Assembly: GCF_963921235.1 (NCBI RefSeq)
Contig: NC_086107.1
Location: 96,350,001-96,414,000, forward strand
DNA length: 64,000 nt
Direction of reading: 5' to 3'
Source of the DNA: Mobula hypostoma
Taxonomy: Eukaryota
Position numbers and translations under genes: made by a program. Positions 12,910 to 22,746 of the stretch are shown here, piece by piece. Under the pieces are notes generated by a model. That model saw nothing but the letters and a program-made list of their open reading frames with translations, made no database searches and was not told the DNA's origin. The stretch's first letter is position 1, and each line of letters starts with the position of its first letter.

Positions 12910-13573
12910 AGCTAACAATTTAAGACAAAGATCCCGCAGCCAAGCTCCAAGAACCCTAGCCTTGAGGATTCTGCAGCCAAGCTCCAAGAACCCAACCTTC
13001 AAGGCTCCCAAGCCAAGCTCCAAGAACCTAAGCCTTGAGGATCCCAAGCCAAGCTCCAAGCACCCAACCCTTGAGGATCCCAAGCCAAGCTCAAGACCCA
13101 AGACCCCAAGCCTAGAGGATCCCAAGCCAAGCTCAAGACCCAAGACATGAGCTCAAGCCATATCATGTCCTTGCCTGGTTCTGGGGTCCAAGCCCAAGGC
13201 AAGACCCAGGTTCTGGGTCCGTATCCAGTCTCGGGCTCGGAGTCCGAGCCTTGTCTTGTCTCCAAGCTCAGGCCTCTAGACCCCAGCCACGTCCTGTCCT
13301 GAAGCCATGTCATGTCCTTGCCTGGTTCCGGGGTCCTAGCCCGAGGCAAGACCCAGGTTCTGGGTATTTGTCCAGGCTCGGGCTCAGAGTCCAAGCCTTG
13401 TCTCCTAGTCCATGGTTCCTAGTCCTGGTCCTGCTTTCCCGAGCCCAACTCTGCCTGCTTGTCCCTGCTCCTTGCCTGAATCCTGTCACGTCCCTTCTCC
13501 AGTCAAGTCCTGTTCCTTGTACTTCAGTGTCTGTGTCTTGCAATTGGGTCCGTTCCCAGCACCCCATGTGACA
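12910..13573 (+). repeat. Tandem-repeat-rich LTR-like insert replacing part of the Gypsy pol
   Basis: About 36-39-bp CCAAGCCAAGCTCCAAG units at 12935-13150, a second unit (CATGTCCTTGCCTGGTTC..) twice, and end TTGGGTCC..ATGTGACA. Confidence 0.65.
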
Positions 13574-16444
13574 CAGGCGGAAGCCTAGGGAAGAGCAGGA
13601 TAGGGATCCTGAGATTACAGTTTTAAAAGAGACAACTCTTTCTGAGAATGAAATTCAGAGGGAGTCAATGCGGGGTATTAATGAGCAAGTGGGGACCACC
13701 GACAGTACCTGCCGATGAGGATTGGGCCATGGTGCACCATGGTGGTTACGAAGGGTTACCGTACAGAAATTTTAAAGATGGATCATACAATGCCTTTAGG
13801 GGGACATCTTGGAGTTAAAAAGACAGGGCCAAGATTATGAAAGAATTTCATTGGCCGGGTATAAGAAAGGATATGTGGTCTTTTGTAAAACTTGTCACAC
13901 ATGTCAAGTGGTAGGGAAACTGAATCAGACTATCCCAAAAGTGCCACTTCGCCCCATACCAGCTTTTGGTGAACCTTTCTCCAGGGTCATTGTGGATTGT
14001 GTTGGCCCACTGCCAAAGACTGCAGGTGGCCACCAATACCTGTTAACTATTATGTGCCCTAGGTTCCCAGAAGCAATACCCTCAGGAACTTAAAGGCTAA
14101 AACAGTGGTGAAGGCACTTATTAAGTTCTTCACTTTAGTGGGTCTGCCCAAGGAGATACAATCGGATCAGGGCAGTAATTTTACATCGGGTGTATTTCAA
14201 CAGATCGTTACAGAACTGGGAGCGAAACAAATTTTGTTCACGGCAAACCATCCCCAATCCCAGGGAGTGACAGAGAGGTTTCACTCTCCCTCAAAACCAT
14301 GATTAAAATGTGCTGTATGGAAAACGAAAAACATTGGGATGATTGTATACCTTTACTCCTATTTGCAATAAGAGATTTGATCCAGGAATCGTTGGGGTTC
14401 AGTCCGTTTGACTCGGGTTCGGTCACAGGCCTCGAGGACCTTTGACCTCACTGGGAGAGCAATGGTCTGATAAGGAAGTGCGAATTGGTGTATTGGATTA
14501 CGTCGTAGAGTTCCAGACAGGCTGAGCAGGGCTTGTGACCTTGCGAAACAAAATCTACAAGACTCCCAGGCTGATATGAAGCACTGGTAAGACAGACAGG
14601 TGAGGGATTGAAGCTACGAGATTGGAGATAAGGTCTTAGTTTTGTTTCCCTTGGAGAATAACCCTCTCCAGGCTCAAATTAGTGAAGCTTACGAAATAAC
14701 GAGGAAAATTGATGAGCTGAACTATGTTATCAGGACACCTGATAGAAGGCCACTCAATTAGTGCATGTGAACCTAATCAAACCTTATTTTGACTCTAGAT
14801 CTGTATCAGTTGGGGTCACGACCAAACAAGACCCAGCTGCAAAGACTGCCCAGAGATAACGGGGGAGTGTAATGAGCAGTGTCTGGTTTCAACTCGACTC
14901 AAGAATGCTAGTGTTTTGGAGAACATAGACAGTAAAATTAACCACCTGGAACCAAAGCAGCAGCAACAGATAAAGGAGCTAATTGGCAAACATTCCGATC
15001 TATTCCCAGATACACCAAGGCAGTGTAGTATAGCTACACATGATGTCATTGTAGGGCAGGCTGATCCAGTGAAACAGCACCCCTACAGGATGAACTTAGA
15101 ACGTAGTAAGGTAGTGGAAGAGGAAATCGAATAGATGTTGGCCAATGGTATTGTCAGGCCACCCACCTCTGCGTGGGCTTCCCCGTGCATGATAGTTCCC
15201 AAGCCCGATAGTACAATGAAATTTTGCACAGATTATAGAAAGGTCAACGCAATAACCAAAACAGATGCTTACCCTATTCCCAGAATAGATGACTGCATCG
15301 ATAGGGTGGGAAAGGCTAAGTACCTAACAAAAATTGACATGCTAAAAGGGTACTGGTGCGTTCCCTTAACTGATAGGGCTCGAGAGATATCGGCATTCGT
15401 CACCCCATCGGGGTTGTACGAGTATAATGTGATGCCCTTCCTGATGAAAAATGCCCCTGGGACATCCCAACGTATGATAAATTCTGTGATTCAAGGCTTG
15501 AAGAATACTGGGGCATACATTGACGATTTACTAGTATGGAACGACACGTGGGAGGAACACATTGTAACAGCAGAGAAATTACTTGATCAGCTCTCTAAAG
15601 CTAAACTAACAGTGAACCTTGCCAAGAGTGAGTTTGGTCACGCCAGGGTCACATATCTTGGTTACGCGGTGGGCCAGGGTCAACTGGTTCCTGTGAAAGG
15701 GAAAGTTCAGGCTATCGTTGATGTACCTATTCCAACGGGTAAGAGAGCCTTGAGAAGGTTTTTAGGTTTGGTGGGGTATTATTGAAAATTTTGCAAGAAC
15801 TTTGCAGATATTGCCTTTCCACTGACAAAACTGTTGAGAAAGAATGAACGATTTGTGTGGGATGAGCGTTGCCAAGAGGCGATCAAACGGTTAAAGGGTA
15901 TCCTGTGTCACCATCCAGTGCTAAAGGCACCGGACTTCACTAAGCCGTTCTCCCTAGTGACGGACGCTAGCGATGAAGCTGCAGGGGCGGTGCTATTACA
16001 GAGAGGAGATGATGGTATTGAACATCCAGTGGCATACTTTTCCAAAAAGTTTAATGTGCACCAGAAAAATTACTCGACAATAGAAAAAGAATTGCTGTCC
16101 CTCATTTTTGCATTACAACATTTCGAATTTTATGTCAGTCCCGCACAAAAGCCGTTAGTGGTGTTCACTGACCACAACCCTTTGGTGTTTTTAGAGAAGA
16201 TTAAAGATCGAGATCGGCGTTTATTAAATTGGAGCCTGTGTTTACAACAGTTTGATATCGAGATAAGACACTTAAGGGGTACGGGCAATGTCACTGCGGA
16301 TTGCCTATCCTGCTGTTAAAAATGCTGATGAACTGTGTAAATACATAATGTACACTTTGTGAAGTAGAATGTAACGCTTGGTGTGTAGAATCTGTGAATA
16401 AGCAGTTTTGCCCGAAGATCAAAATTACCCTAAAAGGGGAAAGG

Positions 16445-17131
16445 TGCCACACAGGTGAGAAACTGCTAGAAAATTCAGCAGTCTAATGAACAAGGAGGCA
16501 ATTAAAAGAGAGAGAGGACTCAGACTTTGTTTTGATAACACTTTTAATTGTAACCTTGAGAGAGAGAGAGTACGGCGCTAGCTGAGACACGAGCTGGGAA
16601 GTCACCATGGTAACAGCTCAGAGCAGTTGAGCTAACAGACAGTTGGAATTTCGGATGGATTATAAAAGGTGATCCTTTTGTCTGATAACGGGGAGGAGAC
16701 ACGACATGGGAGAACTGTGGAAGCTACATGAGAAACCATTGGTGGAGTTAAGACCACCACGAGGGTGCAGGCCACGGACCGATTAATTTCCACCTGTGAT
16801 TACCAGTGCGGGTAAGAGCTTGCCTGTGGGGGTCTGCTGGTGGTGAACCTGTGCCGTGGGTTAATAGCCATTCCCTAGAAGGGGCTCTGCCCATCTGTGT
16901 CTATGTGGGGGTCACACCAAGTGACTCTGAGGACTTCATACACACACACACACACACACAAACACACACATATATATAATAGTTTATAACCTATATGATA
17001 TTATACGGTTATAGGGTTTAATAATATTAATTCCTAATAGTAATAAATATAGTCTTAATTTATAGTAAACCAGACTCCAGGTGTGTTCTATTTCTGCTGG
17101 TCCATTTCAACCTGTCACAGGGTTCGTGACA
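16445..17131 (+). repeat. 3' LTR, family A
   Basis: Follows the polypurine tract; homologous to the 5' LTR; contains (CA)n/(TA)n. Confidence 0.92.
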
Positions 17132-17135
17132 AAAT

Positions 17136-17425
17136 ATAGGGTAGTTAAAAAAGCTTAGGGGGTGTTACCTCTTAGCTCTCCTAAGTCGAGGGATAGAGTT
17201 GAAGAGTCACGAGGTAATGATGCAGCTCTATAAAACTCTGGTTAGGCCACACTTGGAGTACTGTGTCCAGTTCTGGTCGCCTCACTATAGGAAGGATGTG
17301 GAAGCATTGGAAAGGGTACAGAGATTTAACAGGATGCTATCTGGTTTAGAGAGTATGCATTATGATCAGAGATTAAGGGAGCTAGTGCTTTACTCTTTGG
17401 AGAGATGGAGGTTGAGAGGAGACAT
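17136..17425 (+). mobile_element. Continuation of the CR1 RT interrupted at 10642
   Basis: ATAGGGTAGTTAA resumes CACAGGTAG; LYKTLVRPHLEYCVQFWSP. Confidence 0.88.
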
Positions 17426-20400
17426 TCTTTTGAACGGCCAGCCAGTTAGGAGCCGAGGAGTAGGAGACAGTCGGTCAGCTAGCGCACTATAAAAAAAGTT
17501 TCGTCTAGTGAAGTGGCCATCGTCGGAGTGGACAGTCAGAGTGGGATGGCTTTGGCTCAACAGGCTTCGGCGTAAACAAACAGAGGCAAGAGTGAGTTCC
17601 GGAGCAGTTGATTTAAAAACCGGTCGGGACTAGCCTGCAAAACATGCCTTCAAGTTTGGCAGAGGTGCAAGTGGAACAAATTAGTCAATTTATCAGCCAA
17701 TATAAACAAGGTTTGCTCTAGGGGATGCGGCCTTGTCGAGGGAAGTGCCTTGTGAGAAAGGTGCGAGTCTTTGGTTCCAGAGTCTTCGGCGAGGAGGCTA
17801 AGGAGACTACACCACAGTTGGTGAGGGTGAGAAGTGGTGAAGAAATAACAGGTAAACTGATTCAGTGTGCTGCTTGCATGATGTGGGAGGTCAGGGACAC
17901 TGATGGTGCCTCTGGCTGCTACAACTGTGGAAAGTGTGTCCAATTTCAGTTCCTGAAGGACCATGTTGGGGCACTGGAGAAGCAACTGGATGACCTCAGG
18001 TTCATCCGGGAAAACGAGAGTTTTCTAGACAGCACCTATGGCAAGATCGTTACACTGAAGATACCAGAAGAGAGAAGGGAGCAGGCGATAAGGAAGGGAT
18101 GGATGCTTAGAGTACAGGAGACCACGGGGGATGTACCTCTAGATAACAGGTTCACCCTCTTGGAAACTGTCGGGACAGATACTGCCAGTCCGAGCAGCAG
18201 TCAGGACTGCGAGTCAAACATTGACGCTGAAGCAAAGCCGAGGAGACAGACAGCAGGCAGAGCCGTGGTACTAGGGGACTCGGTAGTGAGAGGTACACAA
18301 AGGGTTTTCTGCGGCAACAGGCAGGATTTAAGGATGGTGTGTTGCCTCTCTGGTGCCAGGATCCAGGACATCACGGACCGATTGCAGGGCATCCTCAAGG
18401 GCGAAGGTGAACAGCCGGAAGTGGTAGTGCATATTGGCACAAATGACGTCGGGAAGAAGAGGAGAGACATTCTGCAGCATGACTTCAGAGAACTCAGGAG
18501 AAGGTTGAAAAGCAGGACCTCCAGAGTGGTTATCTCCGGTTTGCTTCCAGTTCCTCGTGCTGGTGAGGGCAGGGACAGGGAGATGTGGGATCTGAATGTG
18601 TAGCTGAGGAGCTGGTGCGGGACGCGGGGATTTGGATTCTTGGACCACTGACATCTGTTTTGGGGTAGGGATGGGTTGCACCTTAACAGGCGGGGGACTG
18701 GCATTCTGGCAGGCAGGTTTGCCACTGCTACATGGGTGTGTTTAAACTAAGTAATGGGGGGGTGGCGACGAAATAGAAATATACAATGGAGTTAAAGGGA
18801 ATAGTAGAATAAGAAAAGTTAAGAAAGACAACAGAATTAACGGGGCAGAAAGCTCAGCAAGGGATCGGAGAGTATGGCCAAGTTTAACAGCAATCGATGT
18901 AAAAGATGAGGGGAGTAATGGATTAAAAATATTATATATGAATGCATGAAGTATAAGAAATAAAGTGGAAGAGCTTGAGGCTCAGTTGGAAATTGGCAAG
19001 TATGATGTTGTGGGAATAACAGCGACATGGCTACAAGAGGACCAGGGCTGGGAAACGAATATTCAAGGGTATACGTACTATCAAAAGGACAGAGAAGTTG
19101 GCAGAGGGGGTTGGGTGGCTCTGCTGGTGAGGAATGAAATTCAGTCCCTTGTGAGGGGTGACAAAGAATCAGGAGATGTAGAGTCAGTATGGATAGAACT
19201 GAGAAATTGTAAGGGCAAAAAGACCCTGACGGGAGTTATCTACAGGCCCCCAAACAGTAGCCTTGATATATGGTACAAGTTGAATCAAGAGTTAAAATTG
19301 GCTTGTCGCAAAGGTAATGCTACAGTTGTTATGGGGGATTTCAACATGCAGGTAGACTGGGAAAACCAGGTTGGTACTGGACCCCAAGAAAGGGAGTTTG
19401 TGGAGTGCCTCCGAGATGGATTCTTAGAGCAGCTTGTAGTGGAGCCTACCAGGGAGAAGGCAATTCTGGATTTAGTGTTGTGTAATGAACCGGATTTGAT
19501 AAGGGGACTCGAGGTAAAGAAGCTATGAGAGGGTAGTGACCATAATATGATAAGTTTTAATCTACAATTTGAGAAGGAGAAGGGAAAATTGGCAGTGACA
19601 GTATTACAGTTGAACAAAGGGGACTATGGAGCCATGAGGGAGGAGCTGGCCTAAGCTGACTGGAAAGATACCCTAGCAGAGATGACAGTGGAATAACAAT
19701 GGCAGGTATTTCTGGGAATAATACAGCTTTGTGAAGGAAAGATTGTGTCTAACAAGCCTGATAGAGTTCTTTGAGGAGGTGACCAGGCAAATAGATGAGG
19801 GTAGTGCAGTGGATGTGATCTACATGGATTTTAGTAAAGCATTTGACAAGGTTCCACATGGTAGGCTTATTCAGAAAGTCAGAAGGCATGGGATCCAGGG
19901 AAGTTTGGCCAGGTGGATTCAGAATTGGCTTACCTGCAGGAAGCAGAGGGTCCTGGTGGAGGGAGTACATTTGGATTGGAGGGTTGTGACTACTGGTGTC
20001 CCACAAGGATCAGTTCTGGAACCTCTACTTTTCGTGATTTTTATTAACTACCTGGATGGGGGGTAGAAGGGTGAGTTGGCAAGTCTGCAGACGACAGAAA
20101 GGTTGGTGGTGGTGTGGATAGTGTAGAGGATTGTCGAAGATTGCAGAAAGACATTGATAGGATGCAGAAGTGGGCTGAGAAATGGCAGATAGAATTCAAC
20201 CCAGAGAAGTGAGAGGTGGTACACTTTGGAAGGACAAACTCCGAGGCAGAGTACAAAGTAAATGGCAGGATACTTGGTAGTGTGGTGGAGCAGAGGGATC
20301 TGGGAGTACATGTTCACAGATCCCTGAAAGTTGCCTCACAGGTAGATAGGGTAGTTAAGAAAACTTATGGGGTGTTAGCTTTCATAAGTCGAGGGATAGA

Positions 20401-20961
20401 GTTTAAGAGTCGCGAGGAAATGATGCAGCTCTATAAAACTCTGGTTAGGCCACACTTGGAGTACTGTGTCCAGTTCTGGTCGCCTCACTATAGGAAGGAT
20501 GTGGAAGCATTGGAAAGGGTACAGAGAAGATTTACCAGGATGCTGCCTGGCTCAAAGAGTATGCATTATGATCAGAGATTAAGAGAGCGAGGGCTTTACT
20601 CTTTGGAGAGGAGGAGGATGAGAGGAGACATGATAGAGGTATACAAGATATTAAGAGGAATAGATAGAGTGGACAGCTAGCGCCTCTTCCCCAGGGCACC
20701 ACTGCTCAATACAAGAGGACATGGCTTTAAGGTAAGGGGTGGGAAGTTCAAGGGAGATATTAGAGGATGGTGTTTCACTCAGAGACTAGTTGGTACGTGG
20801 AATGCACTGCCTGAGTCAGTGGTGGAGGCAGATACACTAGTGAAATTTAAGAGACTACTAGACAGGTATATGGAGGAATTTAAGGTGGGGGTGGGGTTAT
20901 ATGGGAGGCAGGGTTTAAGGGTCGGCACAGCATTGTAAGCCAAAGGGCTTGTATTGTGCTG
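17426..20961 (+). mobile_element. CR1 LINE: 5'UTR, ORF1 esterase, EN, deletion, RT to 3' end
   Basis: ORF 17725..18603 (CAAC..CGKC, GDSVVR, HIGTND); EN 18965..19528 (YRPPNS, GDFN); RT 19726-20680; tail TACTATTCTATGTTCTA displaced to 29583-29599 by an LTR element. Confidence 0.9.
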
Positions 20962-22746
20962 TGTTACGTTCTTCATGGATATCTTGTGATTGTCTTATGA
21001 GGATGATGTAATGGTCTTTTGGAGGTCACCTGATGTAATTTTCCCGCCGATGTGAGGTGACGTGGTGACATGTTCACCACGGGTATAAAAGGAGACCCCT
21101 GGGGTGACACAATTTGGTTTACAGTTAGATCGTCAGTGAAATACTCTTGCTACGCTGCTTATTAATCCCATGACGCCGCTTAGTTTTAAAATGGAGTTTT
21201 ACTTTCTATTGTATGGTACAGAAGTGTTGGGCCAGCAGTTTAACCATTAGCTGCCAGATTTGTTGATGTACCTTTTCAGTAATGTAGGAGAGTGAAGAGA
21301 GGAACCTGAAGGAGTCGTTCGACGGTTTTGGAGTGGATCGACCATTATTGAATTTGTTCAAGAAAGAGTGATCTGCATGAGATAGCCTCTGCTAAAAGCA
21401 GCAGAAAAGGCTGTGCAGTATCTAGTATCCAGAGGGAAAGGTCAGTGCTTTTAAACAGTTTTATTTCCGTCGTCGTGAATCCTATGGACAAGGCAGGATC
21501 CGGCTGGGATTGGCAGTGACGTCGTGTCTTCGAGGGATTCTTTACTTCAGGAAAGTCTCTCCTAATTGACTGTATAAATCTCTCGGACTTTCGAACTTAC
21601 CATTCTAAGAACTGTGTTTGAATTTACCACGTTAAGAACTGTTTTCCCATTTATCGCTTTAAGGAATAGTACTGAGTGGCAGTTTGTTAAATGGCCGCAT
21701 AGCAGTTTGCTTCCGGTTAAGGTTTTGGTTTGTTTCTTTTTACTAATTTTGAGCAGAGTTTAATAAATGTTTATTTGTTCATAAAACCTGACTCACTTCT
21801 ATATTCATTGTTGCTGGTCACGTGACATAAATTTGGGGGCTCGTCTGGGATCTGTTCCGATTTTTGAGCTTATTTGCTAGTTTAAGTATCAACCTGATTT
21901 GGAAAAGGGAAACACTCAATTCTTCTGTTTGGTGTGTGGGTGGTATTTGACAGCAATGACTATCGATGACTTTATGGAATCGCCAAACCCAGAGTTTTTA
22001 GCGAAGGCGAATAAGGGTGATGTTTCTGAAATTGCTAGAAGGTTGGACCTTAAAAGAGTTACGAAGGTTACAACAAAGCCCACAATTCAGAGAAAAATCG
22101 TGGAGCATTATATACATTTGGGTGTTTTTGATGAAGTGGAGTTAGATAGGTTCCCTGTAAGTAAAGTAGCAATCCAGTTACACCTGGAATAGGTAGCATT
22201 GGAAAAGCTTAGATTAGAAGCTGACTTAAAACAGAAACAATCAGAAGCTGACCTGGAACAATGTCGGTTAGAAGCTGCAAATAAACAGAGGAAATTTGAA
22301 GAAAGAGAAGCAGATAAAAGGAGGGAGTTTGAGCTACAGATGGAGAAATTGAAATCCGAGAATCAGGCTTCTGGTTCTAAGAAACAGTTTATTGCTAGTC
22401 GTGAGGTTATTTTGGATCCTCCATTTAGTGAAGCAGAAGTGGACAAATATTTCCAACATTTCAAAACTATTGCTCTGAGTTTAAAGTGGCTGAAAGAGCG
22501 ATGGCCAGTAATGTTACAAAGTGTACAAGGCACAACAAGTTTATACAGCTTTAAACGCTGAGCAAGCACTGGATTATGATATTGTGAAACAGCATATATT
22601 GAAGGCGTATGAGCTGTTCCAGAAGCGTATAGAGAAAGATTCAGAAATTTGAAGAAATCTGTGGAAAAAACTTACGTGGAATTTGCCTACGAGAAATCTG
22701 GGTGTTTTGAGAGATGGGTTTCCTCTAAAAATGTGAATGGGGAGTA

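Larger units (their letters stand above)
10643..17131 (+). mobile_element. Gypsy LTR retrotransposon, Gmr1-type (gag-PR-IN-RT-RH), family A, decayed
   Basis: LTRs 10643..11308 and 16445..17131 (TG..CA); tRNA-Pro-like PBS; PPT AAAAGGGGAAAGG; Gag with CYYCRKPGH knuckle; RDTGA protease; IN (CHTCQ, VDCVGP, SDQG) 13800-14300; RT YIDD 15135..15785; RNase H TDAS 15834..16319. Confidence 0.93.

Noticed and set aside
12935..13150. Regularly spaced repeats as a CRISPR array
   Set aside because: Eukaryotic context, degenerate tandem units, no unique spacers and no cas genes
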